Notes under the pieces: generated by a model
Seen by the model: the letters and a program-made list of their open reading frames with translations, nothing else
Database searches by the model: none
What the model was told of the DNA's origin: nothing
Source of the DNA: Deltaproteobacteria bacterium
Lineage (GTDB): Bacteria; Myxococcota_A; Polyangia; Polyangiales; JAFGIB01
NCBI GenBank assembly: GCA_016929805.1
Contig: JAFGIB010000113.1
Coordinates: 1 to 61,838, forward strand
DNA length: 61,838 nucleotides
Direction: 5' to 3'
Made by a program: the position numbers and the translations under genes
Shown: positions 27,756 to 37,148 of the stretch, piece after piece
Numbering within the stretch: position 1 is the first letter of the stretch
How the letters are laid out: each line of letters opens with the position of its first letter

Positions 27756-29567
27756 ATGAATACTGATCTATATAAGAAGACCGAAATTTATCTATTCGTA
27801 TTATTATCTATGATGCTGTCTTGTGGCTCGGACGAAAAGGATACGTCCGACGCGGGCGGCTCTACAGGCGGGTCAGATGCCAGCGGTGGCAGCGGCGGCA
27901 GCGTTGCCAGCGGTGGCGGCGGCGGCGAGACGACCGGGGGTATGGGGGGAGATCTCGACGCTGCGCCTGCTGACGGCGCGGCGCTAGACACGGACGGCGA
28001 GGCGGGACAGCCTGAGCTTGTTCCGACCGAGGAGATCCAAACCGCGAGCGGAAAGGTTCGAGGAACGATTTCTGAGGGAGTGCGAAAGTTTATGGGCATT
28101 CCGTTCGCGGCCACGACGGCGGGCGAGAATCGCTGGAAACCGCCTCAACCGGTGACCGCGTGGTCCGACACGCTCGACGCGTTCGAGGCCGGACCGATCT
28201 GCCCGCAAAACAGCCCGCTGACTCGGGAGTACGACACTCGGAGCGATGAAGATTGTCTATCGGTGAATGTATGGACGCCGGATCCTGTTTCCTCGACCCC
28301 GCTTCCGGTCATGGTTTGGATCTTTCCGGGAGCGTATATATTCGGAAGCGGTAGCGAGCCGCAGTACGACGGCTCGAATCTCGTCAAGCGGGGCAATGTC
28401 ATCATGGTCTCGTTTAATTACCGTGTGTCGTCGCTGGGATTTCTAGCGCACAGAGCGCTTACTGAAGAGGATCCTGATAATACCTCTGGTAATTACGGGA
28501 TATTGGATCAACTCGCGGCGCTCAAGTGGGTTCGGGCCAATATCGAGGCTTTCGGTGGAGACAAAGACAACGTTACCCTATTCGGAGAGTCGGCCGGAGG
28601 CAATAGCACGTTATTGCATATAGTCATGCCGGGCAGCCGCGGTTTATTCCATCGAGCTATCGTAGAAAGCGGTATCCCCATGCTGGATGTATATGATCTC
28701 GCCGGCGCCGAGGAGATGGGGGATAGATACGCGAAAGCGATGGGCTGTACGGACGACGCGACTGTTCTAAGCTGTATGCGCGCGCTCAGCGCCGAGCAGA
28801 TTTTAACCGGCCCTTCCGAGCCTCCGGCGGAATTACCCGGCGGCCTTTTTTACGACGACCCGGCGACAAGGTTTCAATTAGAACCGATTGCCGATGGCGT
28901 GAATATACCGGACACACCCCGTAATCTCTTCATGTCCAACCAGATGGCAAAGGTGTCGATGATCCAAGGTTCGAACACCGAGGAGGGCGTTTTGTTTCAT
29001 ACGGGAGTATTCGGTGACATTCAGATCGAAGATACGCTCGAGGCGTATCAAACAGCGCTGAGTCGAACTTACGGTAGCTATACGGCCGACATCGTAGCGG
29101 AATATCCTATAGAAGATTACGCTTCCGCGAATGACGCGCTGACCGAGGTAAGCGGGGATGCGAACTTCGTTTGCGCGAGTCGCAGATTGGCGCGGTTGTT
29201 TGATAAAGCGGGCATAGAGAATTACTTATACAGCTTTTCTAATCCGGTGGCGGACACGCCGCTTCCACAACTCGAGAATATAGCGTTTCACAGCGCTGAT
29301 ATTCCTTTCGTATTTGGAACCAAGGCTACCTTAGGCGCGGTGCCGCAAGCGGATCAATCGGTTTCCGAAGCCATACAGGATTATTGGACCCGATTCGCGC
29401 GCACCGGAGACCCCAACGGTGAAGGCTCCACGCAATGGCCGGCTTATGTTACAAGCTCCGATCAATATCTGCACATCCGCAATCCCATCGAGGTTGCAAG
29501 CGCTCTGAAGCCGGATAAGTGCGACTTCTGGGACACGATAGACGAGCTCATGTACGGAGCCGATTAA
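27756..29567 (+). CDS. type-B carboxylesterase/lipase lipoprotein with a Gly/Ser-rich N-terminal linker (paralogue of 9441..10949)
   Basis: Lipobox-like LSMMLSC, then GGSTGGSDASGGSGGSVASGGGGGETTGGMGG. The catalytic elbow FGESAGG and LDQLAALKWVRANIEAFGGD are present. The oxyanion block is modified (VWIFPGAYIFGSG rather than HGGG). Confidence 0.85.
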   Translation: MNTDLYKKTEIYLFVLLSMMLSCGSDEKDTSDAGGSTGGSDASGGSGGSVASGGGGGETTGGMGGDLDAAPADGAALDTDGEAGQPELVPTEEIQTASGKVRGTISEGVRKFMGIPFAATTAGENRWKPPQPVTAWSDTLDAFEAGPICPQNSPLTREYDTRSDEDCLSVNVWTPDPVSSTPLPVMVWIFPGAYIFGSGSEPQYDGSNLVKRGNVIMVSFNYRVSSLGFLAHRALTEEDPDNTSGNYGILDQLAALKWVRANIEAFGGDKDNVTLFGESAGGNSTLLHIVMPGSRGLFHRAIVESGIPMLDVYDLAGAEEMGDRYAKAMGCTDDATVLSCMRALSAEQILTGPSEPPAELPGGLFYDDPATRFQLEPIADGVNIPDTPRNLFMSNQMAKVSMIQGSNTEEGVLFHTGVFGDIQIEDTLEAYQTALSRTYGSYTADIVAEYPIEDYASANDALTEVSGDANFVCASRRLARLFDKAGIENYLYSFSNPVADTPLPQLENIAFHSADIPFVFGTKATLGAVPQADQSVSEAIQDYWTRFARTGDPNGEGSTQWPAYVTSSDQYLHIRNPIEVASALKPDKCDFWDTIDELMYGAD

Positions 29568-29593
29568 CCCCTCAATTCGCGGAATACCGTCCG

Positions 29594-30673
29594 CTATCGG
29601 GCTAATTTTTCGAGATAGTCGATGATTTCGAGCGGGTCCATTTGCGCCACGGCCGCGCCCTGCTTATACGCAACCATAGGCATTCCGTATACCACCGAGC
29701 TTCGCTCGCTTTGGGCGATCGTGACGGCGCCTCGAGAGCGCATTTTTGCCAGTCCGGAACATCCGTCGCTGCCCATGCCGGAGAGAATAACCCCCAACCC
29801 GTTGGAACCGAACGAGGCGGCCGCTGATTCGAATAGCTGGTCGATCGAAGGTACGTAGGTTTCGTTCCCGCTGGGAGCGATCAAGCGAACACGTGCCATC
29901 GACTCGATTTGTAGATGAGAGTTGTCCGGGGCGACAAGCGCGGTTGCCGGGCGCAAGAAATCGCCTTCTCGCGCGATTCGAACCTCGATCGTTCCTATAC
30001 TATCGAGCCATTCAACCATACCTCGGATAAATCCGGACGCGATGTGTTGCGCGATCACCATGGGCACGGGATAGCTCGGCGAAAGACTCGACAATATCGT
30101 TGCGAGAACGGCCGGCGCGCCGGTAGACCCCCCTATACATATAACGCTCGGCGCGGCCGTAAAGATTCTTTGATGGCTTTTCTTTAGAAGCGACGTTAGA
30201 GGCTTTTTTTCTTGTCGCTGTTTCTCCGGCCGACGCGGCGGTACGGGACAAGAATATCGAAGTTGCTTTATCGGTTGCGCCTGCATTATTTTTCGCACGA
30301 CTCGAATCAATTCATCTCTTACTTCACTATAGTTACCACTCAACGCGCCGTGCGGTTTTTTGATCAGTTCCACCGCCCCGGAACGGATCGCCTCAAATGA
30401 GTTTTTAAGGTTTTGCGAATCGACGATTGAGCTCACCAGAACGATACGCGTGGGAAACTCGCGCATGATGCGTTGTGTCGCTTCGAGGCCATCCAACCTG
30501 GGCATAAAAATGTCCATGGTTACCAGGTCAGGCCTTAGTTCACGACACATCTCGACCGCTTCTAATCCGTCCTTGGCGACACCGACGACCTCGATGTCTT
30601 CTTGATCGCTCAATAAAGCCGCGAGAATTCGCTGTATCGAAGGAGAATCCTCTGCAATAAGCACGCGAATCAT
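29594..30673 (-). CDS. cheB: chemotaxis response regulator protein-glutamate methylesterase CheB
   Basis: Receiver (IRVLIAEDS.., DLVTMDIFMPRLDG) plus methylesterase domain (ICIGGSTGAP, IAQHIASGF, SGMGSDG). Confidence 0.9.
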   Translation of the reverse strand: MIRVLIAEDSPSIQRILAALLSDQEDIEVVGVAKDGLEAVEMCRELRPDLVTMDIFMPRLDGLEATQRIMREFPTRIVLVSSIVDSQNLKNSFEAIRSGAVELIKKPHGALSGNYSEVRDELIRVVRKIMQAQPIKQLRYSCPVPPRRPEKQRQEKKPLTSLLKKSHQRIFTAAPSVICIGGSTGAPAVLATILSSLSPSYPVPMVIAQHIASGFIRGMVEWLDSIGTIEVRIAREGDFLRPATALVAPDNSHLQIESMARVRLIAPSGNETYVPSIDQLFESAAASFGSNGLGVILSGMGSDGCSGLAKMRSRGAVTIAQSERSSVVYGMPMVAYKQGAAVAQMDPLEIIDYLEKLAR

Positions 30674-30684
30674 ATTTGTATTCT

Positions 30685-33381
30685 TTATAAAAGCTGATCG
30701 ATGGTATCGAGCAAATCCCTTTGCGTCAGCTCCTTTTTAACAATGTAAGCATCAGCGCCGGCGGCCATTCCATTTTTTTTGTCCTGGTCCGAGCTCAACG
30801 CGGATACGAGGATCACCGGTAAATGGGCGAGATCCGCGCGGGACTTTATCGTTTTGGTCAAGTCTAGACCGTCCATGTTAGGCATTTGTATGTCGGCAAT
30901 AATTAAACTAAAGCGTTCCGAGGATAGCGCCTGTAATGCTTGATAACCATCCGCGACCGCGACCACCTCAAAGCCCGCTCCTTCAAGAAAGCTCTTTTCC
31001 AACGCCCGCGTCGTAATCGAATCATCGACGACCAAAATCCTTCTCGATTGAGACGGTTCTAGATCCTTTCGCGGTGCTCGCCCGCTATCGTTTACGCGAT
31101 CGACCACAACCGCGCGCACCAAATCGCCGGGATTCAGCACCAGAGCTAGCTCACCGGTTGCGAGCAGCGAAATGCCGTAAACATTCGGTACACGTTCCAG
31201 AAGATCCCCGAGAGGTTTGAGAATTAATTGAGCGTATTCGACGAGCTCATCGACTAGGAAGGCCACGCGTCGTTCTCCGAATACTACGATAATCGCCACC
31301 CGACTCGTTTTGTGGCTCGCGTCGAGGTTCTCCGTGAGACCCAGGATCTCCCCGATCGATCGTATCGGGAGGTTTTTTCCTTTATGGATAAGCACGTCGT
31401 CTCCGGCTAGCCGCCGGCTTTCATCGGGACGCGGGGCGATTACTTTTTCCACATTGTATGCCGGTATCGCCATAATGCGCTGGGCGACTCTAAATAAAAG
31501 ACACCTTATCGTCGACATGGCCAAGGGCAATCTGAGCGTCAGGGCGGTTCCTTCGCCCGCAACGCTACTCAGTCGGACCTCACCCCCGAGACTTTCCACC
31601 GAGTGTCTAACCACATCCATTCCGACACCTCGGCCCGATAGTTGAGTCACGCTACCTTTTGTGGAAAAACCCGGTTTAAATATGTAGTCGAGTAGCTGAT
31701 CTCGGTCGAGGCTTTGCACATAGTCGCTCGCCAGCTCTTTCTCTTTTAATAGTTTATTGCGAATCGCCTCGTGATCGACGCCGCGACCGTCGTCGCTGAT
31801 AGTCAATTCAACCGAGTCTCCGGTGTGGCGTGTATTTACGCTGATGCGTCCCATCTCGGGTTTTCCAAGTTTGACTCGCGCCGCTGGGCTCTCGATTCCG
31901 TGATCGATCGCATTTCGAAGAATATGATTGATGGGAGCTTCGATGGCGTCTAAAACCCTCCGATCAACCGCGTGTTCTCCTTCATCCAACAACAGCGCGA
32001 CCTGCTTCCCGGTTATTTTCGACAGCTCGCGCACCTGCCGTCTTAGCGTAACGTAGACGGTGGAAATCGGCGCCAGACGTATGCCGCGGAGTTCTTTTTG
32101 TACGCTCGATACCAACTTCGAGAGTTGCCGTTTGTCGTAATCGAATTTTTTCGCCGCTAGCTGAGCTTGAATCGCCAGTCCATGCAAATCGTTAATAGAC
32201 TGATCGAGATCTAGGGCACCGGAGTTTCGTTGAACGCCGTCCTTGATCGCTCTCAGATTATCTTCTATTTCTTTGATCGCATGGATTATACGATGCAGCG
32301 GGGTGAGAAAAGATCCGACTTGAAGATCTACTTCAAACAGATCATCTACCTGAGCTATCACATCGTCGACTTTTCTTTCGGATATTCGGAGAAAACCCTC
32401 TTCGGCCTTTACTTCTTGGTTTCGCCCGGATTCCCGCGGGCCTTGGGGCGACCTTTCCAGGGCTGCCGGAATACCGAGTTTCTCCTCGGAAGAGGCCCGG
32501 GGCGGCTCCTCGAGGTTCTGATTCGAGTGTTTCGCCAATTCCTCAAGCGCGGCGACGGTCTCTCTATCTTGATCGTTCCAATGCATCGCTTCGTCAAAAT
32601 TCCTCTCCGCCGCCTTCAGTACTATGCTCAGTCCTTTCAGCAGTAAGTCCGCGATCGGTCTTTCGATGGGAATCTGATTTTGCGTTATCGTCTCCACCGC
32701 CGCTTTCAGCTCAAGACTAGTTTCGCGCACCGAGTGGTGTTGAACGCTTTCCGCTAACTGAGATAAGCTGTTTAAGTTCCTGGCCGCTTGATCCAATAAG
32801 CGAACGCATTCGGCTTGATTATCCGTGTCGAGGTTGCACAGCGACGTGGCTATCGATCGGATACAATCCAGAGATTTATCTCGAAAAGCGGACAGCGTTC
32901 GGATGCTTTGTCGGTTTTCTATGCTCGCGTTCTTCAAGTACAAATGTGCGCTCGCATTATCTACTTCCGACACGGGTATTTCGTCGATAAACGCTCTCAA
33001 CCGTTTGCTAATCTCAAGCTCTTGATTGTTGAGATCTTCCTTCTCGAGTCCACACGTTTGCACCGTAATTTTCAGGGTATCCAATGTTTCGAGTAATAGA
33101 TCGACCGTTTCGGTTGATGGCGCGCGGTTTTCCGTCTTGAGCTTGTTCAACGCGTCTTCCAAATGATGCGTGATGTTACTGACGCGATCGAATCCTAGAG
33201 TCGACGCGGCGCCTTTCAACGTATGAGCGTCTCTAAAAGCGCGGTGTAGCAGCTCTTCGGTATCCTTGTCTTGGGACGAGTCCAGCGACAAGAAAATCTC
33301 GGTCAACGATCGTATCAGATCGGTAGCTTCAGCCTGAAAGACCCCCACGAGTTGCGCCAATTTTTCTTTGCTCAGTTCCAT
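30685..33381 (-). CDS. cheA: hybrid chemotaxis histidine kinase CheA-CheY (HPt, second degenerate HPt-like domain, dimerisation, HATPase, CheW-like, receiver)
   Basis: HPt motif FRDAHTLKGAASTLGF. ATPase boxes HILRNAIDHGIE, SDDGRGVD and GRGVGMDVV. A CheW-like segment follows, then a C-terminal receiver (ILVVDDS.., LIIADIQMPNMDG). Confidence 0.9.
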   Translation of the reverse strand: MELSKEKLAQLVGVFQAEATDLIRSLTEIFLSLDSSQDKDTEELLHRAFRDAHTLKGAASTLGFDRVSNITHHLEDALNKLKTENRAPSTETVDLLLETLDTLKITVQTCGLEKEDLNNQELEISKRLRAFIDEIPVSEVDNASAHLYLKNASIENRQSIRTLSAFRDKSLDCIRSIATSLCNLDTDNQAECVRLLDQAARNLNSLSQLAESVQHHSVRETSLELKAAVETITQNQIPIERPIADLLLKGLSIVLKAAERNFDEAMHWNDQDRETVAALEELAKHSNQNLEEPPRASSEEKLGIPAALERSPQGPRESGRNQEVKAEEGFLRISERKVDDVIAQVDDLFEVDLQVGSFLTPLHRIIHAIKEIEDNLRAIKDGVQRNSGALDLDQSINDLHGLAIQAQLAAKKFDYDKRQLSKLVSSVQKELRGIRLAPISTVYVTLRRQVRELSKITGKQVALLLDEGEHAVDRRVLDAIEAPINHILRNAIDHGIESPAARVKLGKPEMGRISVNTRHTGDSVELTISDDGRGVDHEAIRNKLLKEKELASDYVQSLDRDQLLDYIFKPGFSTKGSVTQLSGRGVGMDVVRHSVESLGGEVRLSSVAGEGTALTLRLPLAMSTIRCLLFRVAQRIMAIPAYNVEKVIAPRPDESRRLAGDDVLIHKGKNLPIRSIGEILGLTENLDASHKTSRVAIIVVFGERRVAFLVDELVEYAQLILKPLGDLLERVPNVYGISLLATGELALVLNPGDLVRAVVVDRVNDSGRAPRKDLEPSQSRRILVVDDSITTRALEKSFLEGAGFEVVAVADGYQALQALSSERFSLIIADIQMPNMDGLDLTKTIKSRADLAHLPVILVSALSSDQDKKNGMAAGADAYIVKKELTQRDLLDTIDQLL

Positions 33382-33411
33382 AGCGGTCGCTGATTTTTCT
33401 CAGCGCTCCTT

Positions 33412-33954
33412 TCAGCTCAGGGCGAATCCTTCGGCTTGTACGACCTTTTCCAGGTCGACGACGGCAAGCCCGTCGGCGGTAACGACCGAAATATAAACTA
33501 CCTGTTCTGAAGCGAGGCTTTCAGAAGGTGTCGAGAGAGAGGCGCTATCCAGCGGGCGTACGCCCTCGATGTCTTCAACTTGTAAGGCGAATCTCTTTTT
33601 ATTAACCTGCACCACCATAGCGTAGTCAGCGTCCGCGATACCTCGCGCGTTGGGGTAAAAAAAGCGCGGTAGACTGATCAGCACAATCGCTTGTCCGCGA
33701 TGTTGTATAAGGCCGGTTATATGGGGTGGGGTATTGGGAAGATCAAATACGTCGTCCACCTTTCTCACGACAACGACGCGGTTGAGATACACGGCGTAGC
33801 GCAGCCCCATCATGCGAAACTCGAGAAAGGTTTCGATTCTCTGTCGCGCCACGGCGGTTCTCAAGCTTCGGGCCAGCCTGAGAGCACGCCAGCGCAGGAT
33901 ATCTCTTTCCGCTCTCTCGTCTAGATTTATCTTATTTTCGCCGCTCGTATTCAT
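33412..33954 (-). CDS. cheW: CheW-like coupling protein
   Basis: 180 aa. CheW-fold pattern (YAVYLNRVVVVRKV..PNTPPHITGLIQHRGQAIVLISL). It lies directly downstream of cheR (stop and start adjacent). Confidence 0.75.
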   Translation of the reverse strand: MNTSGENKINLDERAERDILRWRALRLARSLRTAVARQRIETFLEFRMMGLRYAVYLNRVVVVRKVDDVFDLPNTPPHITGLIQHRGQAIVLISLPRFFYPNARGIADADYAMVVQVNKKRFALQVEDIEGVRPLDSASLSTPSESLASEQVVYISVVTADGLAVVDLEKVVQAEGFALS

Positions 33955-35382
33955 CTATAAGCTCAGTTCTTTCAATCTCGCCTCGGTTATCTCTCTCAAG
34001 CGTCTGACGGTCAGCCCCTCGGCGTCTTCTATTTGAGAGCTTTCGTTGATACCTTGCAGTAGCCGCAACACGTTTCGAAAGTGCTTTTTTGCTTTTTGAT
34101 ATTCACCTTCGCGTTCTCGAATCGTAGCGATATAATAATGGCCTATGATAAATTTATTATTGAGAAATATCGCCTGCTTAAGGCTCTGAAGCGCCGCTAC
34201 CGATCTACCCAACTGATCCGCAACCACGGCGTGTAGAAAGTAGATGCGATGGTCGATAGGATTGCTTTTTATAAATCTATCGAGTATTTCATAGGCTCTC
34301 TCGATTTCTCCCCGATCGATGTGCCCTTGAGTCTGCTCAAAGATCGCCTCGCTCTGACCAGCCTTTGAGTGGATAGAATAGAACGACGGGCGCGCGGGGC
34401 GGTTATCGGAAAAAAGCGGAAGCGGCGCTAGGGACATACGCTTAACTTCACCGGTCGAAGCTTTTGGAAATATCGATCGTACCTCGTATGCCGGGATGGA
34501 AAAGCGATGGCGCTCGGGCCTGATAGCCCCTTTGATTTTCGCTTCGCCGACGCGCCGGCGATAATAGAAAGTCGAATCGGAATAAACTAACTGAAGCTCA
34601 GAAGAGCAAGCGAGTGCCTCGGAATGTCCGGTAAGCAAAAAGCCTCCCGGTCGTAACACCGCTTCGATATATTGCACCGCTTTTTGAACCGCGTCATGAG
34701 AAAGGTATATCAGAACATTGCGACAAAGCACGAGGTCCCAAGGTTCGCCCGTCAAGGCGGTGCCGGGCTCAAGGTCGTTGAGGTTGTGTCTGGCAAAAAC
34801 GACGCGCGATTTTATCGAGGGATCGAGCTCGTAGAGCTCATCCGACCTTTTTATAAAGTAGGGATCCAACAGCTTTCGATCCAATCCGCGCAAAGACCAC
34901 TTGGAATAAACCGCTTGTTTTGCCAGTTCCAGAAAGCTCGTGTTGATATCGGAAGCGTAGATCAGAACGTCCCAATCTCGAATCATGGGGAAATACTCGT
35001 GAAGCAGAATAGCCATGGAGTAGGCCTCTTCGCCCTTTGCGCAACCGGCGCTCCAGATCCGAAGCTTTCGTATGTGCTTGGCGTTTTCCACCAACTCCGG
35101 AATGATTCGTCTTTGGAGCGCGTCAAAGTGCGGTCGGTTTCTAAAAAAGTAACTTTCTCCGACCGTAAGCTGATTGACTAACTTTTGCAATGCCTCTGTT
35201 GAGCGCTTGATATTTCGTAAAAAGTCTCGGGCGCTGTCTGTTCCAGGTATCAAAGAGGTGACGGACAACCTTCTTTGATACTCATCTTTTTTATCGCGAG
35301 CCAGCAGTATGCCTGTTCGCTCTTTGATAAAGCTACTAAATTCCTCGTATTCTCGCGGGTTAAATTGTAGGCTGTACGTCAA
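33955..35382 (-). CDS. cheR: chemotaxis protein methyltransferase CheR with a C-terminal TPR region
   Basis: CheR N-domain, then the SAM-binding block LRIWSAGCAKGEEAYSMAILL, DLVLCRNVLIYL. The C-terminal roughly 130 aa are TPR-like (EIERAYEILDRFIKSNP.., YYIATIREREGEYQKAKKHFRNVLRL). TTG start is preceded by GGGAG. Confidence 0.85.
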   Translation of the reverse strand: MTYSLQFNPREYEEFSSFIKERTGILLARDKKDEYQRRLSVTSLIPGTDSARDFLRNIKRSTEALQKLVNQLTVGESYFFRNRPHFDALQRRIIPELVENAKHIRKLRIWSAGCAKGEEAYSMAILLHEYFPMIRDWDVLIYASDINTSFLELAKQAVYSKWSLRGLDRKLLDPYFIKRSDELYELDPSIKSRVVFARHNLNDLEPGTALTGEPWDLVLCRNVLIYLSHDAVQKAVQYIEAVLRPGGFLLTGHSEALACSSELQLVYSDSTFYYRRRVGEAKIKGAIRPERHRFSIPAYEVRSIFPKASTGEVKRMSLAPLPLFSDNRPARPSFYSIHSKAGQSEAIFEQTQGHIDRGEIERAYEILDRFIKSNPIDHRIYFLHAVVADQLGRSVAALQSLKQAIFLNNKFIIGHYYIATIREREGEYQKAKKHFRNVLRLLQGINESSQIEDAEGLTVRRLREITEARLKELSL

Positions 35383-35457
35383 GCTTACTCCCGGGTCACG
35401 CGAAATAAAGAGCGGTTATGGTCCAATATCTTCATGGTTCTTCTTCGATAGTAATCT

Positions 35458-36036
35458 TTATAGAATAGCCGAATCGTCGTCTTGAGAAAATTTCGCTTGA
35501 ATCGAAGTCACAATCGACCATAGGTCGATTATTAGCGCTGTTTGATCTTTCGTTTTCACAACGCCGATTGCATTTAAAGAGCCGGGTAGAATCTCCTCCG
35601 CGACTTCTACATCTTCAGGACCAACGGCCACGATTTCGCTAACATCGTCGGCTATCAGAGCGAAATCAAAAGGCTCTAAGCGACAGATCGCCATAGACTT
35701 TTCGGAGGTAATGACGGATTTTTTTCTGCCGATGAGCTCCCCGATATCGATGACCGCGAGAACCTTTCCGTGATAATTAAGCAGCCCCAAGACGCCCGGA
35801 ACCGTTTCCGAAGCCGGAATAAGCTCGACCATCTGTATGACTTCTAGAACAAAATGAAGCGGAATCGCGAGGTGCCCGTGGTCGAAACGTAAAAGCACAA
35901 AGGCTAGTCTGTCCTGATCTAGTTGAGAGATAGATAGCAAAGAGCTCGATCGAAGCAACTGGCGTTTGAGCGCGATCACGCGATCTTCCAGCTCGCGTAT
36001 CTGAATGATTTGTTTCTCGATCTCCTTGGTGTTCAA
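35458..36036 (-). CDS. cheW: CheW-like coupling protein with an N-terminal coiled-coil segment
   Basis: 192 aa. N-terminal heptad-like EIEKQIIQIRELEDRVIALKRQL, then the CheW fold (LAIPLHFVLEVIQMVEL..VPGVLGLLNYHGKVLAVIDI). Confidence 0.7.
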   Translation of the reverse strand: MNTKEIEKQIIQIRELEDRVIALKRQLLRSSSLLSISQLDQDRLAFVLLRFDHGHLAIPLHFVLEVIQMVELIPASETVPGVLGLLNYHGKVLAVIDIGELIGRKKSVITSEKSMAICRLEPFDFALIADDVSEIVAVGPEDVEVAEEILPGSLNAIGVVKTKDQTALIIDLWSIVTSIQAKFSQDDDSAIL

Positions 36037-36169
36037 TCTGTTCTCGCTTGAACGATGGATAACAACGCGCTTCGAGTCGATCGCCGGGCGTCTACGTCGA
36101 TCTTGCTATATTCCGTCAGGTTTTCGCTTGTTTGCTGTCATTCTCGTATTCAAAAGACTAAGCCGAGAT

Positions 36170-36565
36170 CTAGGTTTTTAGTAATTTACGTAACTCGACG
36201 AACTTTATAAGCTCGCGTACTTTGTCGCGCAGCTCCTTAGGTTCGATCGGTTTTACGATATAATCATCGGCGCCGGCCTTAAAAGCCTCCGTGACCTTGC
36301 TGTACTGCGACAGCGTCGTAACCATAATAACGCGAATGTTTTCGAGAGAAGGATCCTGCTTGATTCGCCGGCAGCATTCTAGACCATCCATCAAAGGCAT
36401 TTCGATATCGAGCAGCACGAGATCGGGGTTTTCCTCACGCACCAGGCGCAACCCGTCAAGCCCGTTCGAGGCGTGTAAAACACGATATCCCTCGTTTTCG
36501 AGAATCGCCGCTATATAGGATCGGATCGTCTGAGCGTCGTCTATTATGAGTAGTTTGGCCGTCAT
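36170..36565 (-). CDS. cheY: single-domain CheY-like response regulator
   Basis: 131 aa. KLLIIDDAQ.., phospho-acceptor context DLVLLDIEMPLMDG, T in VIMVTT, K in IVKP. Confidence 0.85.
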   Translation of the reverse strand: MTAKLLIIDDAQTIRSYIAAILENEGYRVLHASNGLDGLRLVREENPDLVLLDIEMPLMDGLECCRRIKQDPSLENIRVIMVTTLSQYSKVTEAFKAGADDYIVKPIEPKELRDKVRELIKFVELRKLLKT

Positions 36566-36704
36566 CCTACTTCACTCTTCTGCCCGCGAATCGAGAAGCA
36601 TTGCGGAAGCCGCGCCGAAGGCTTGTAGCGCGTTCGAAAATTACATTATACGGGCAAACCTCCTATTGCGTACCAATAATGTATAGCTAATCGCGGTTTT
36701 TTTA

Positions 36705-36723
36705 CTCGCTACATTGTAGCGAG
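36705..36723. promoter_or_regulatory. perfect inverted repeat CTCGCTAC-ATT-GTAGCGAG in the cheY/mcp divergent control region
   Basis: 8-bp arms at 36705-36712 and 36716-36723. It shares the TTGTAGCG core with 36623-36630 and the TGTAG core with three ATGTAG copies (36925, 36935, 37037). Confidence 0.4.
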
Positions 36724-37148
36724 AGGAAGCGATGGTTACATACATACGCGCACCAATTCAGACAGGGGTTTCACTCTCGGCCGAAGCTACCTATTCGATA
36801 GCGGGATCGAAGTTTCAACGCGTCAAATAATCGCGACTCGGATTATAAATATTCAACGGCGGCCGTTCGCTATGTATAATAGATAATCACAAAAGGCAAC
36901 CGATTGAGCAACGCCCCGGGCAAGATGTAGAAACATGTAGGCATATTCGGCAATAAAACGCCGACAAGTCGCTTTTTATGACGAAACAATCAGAACGCTG
37001 GCGTACTATCTCAAGTGCACGATACACGCGAATACAATGTAGAGACATTCCTCACAGACCACACTCGATAGATTCTTCTAATTGCGATCTCGATATGAGC
37101 ATTGAGAACGCTCGCAATGAGAGAGAATAAAAGAGGAGCATAGAGCCA

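Noticed and set aside
36598-36616. A possible sigma-54-like element upstream of cheY (minus strand GGCGCGGCTTCCGCA, with GG-N10-GC spacing).
   Set aside because: Only the GG and GC dinucleotides match; the rest deviates from TGGCAC/TTGCW. Such matches are frequent by chance in GC-rich DNA.
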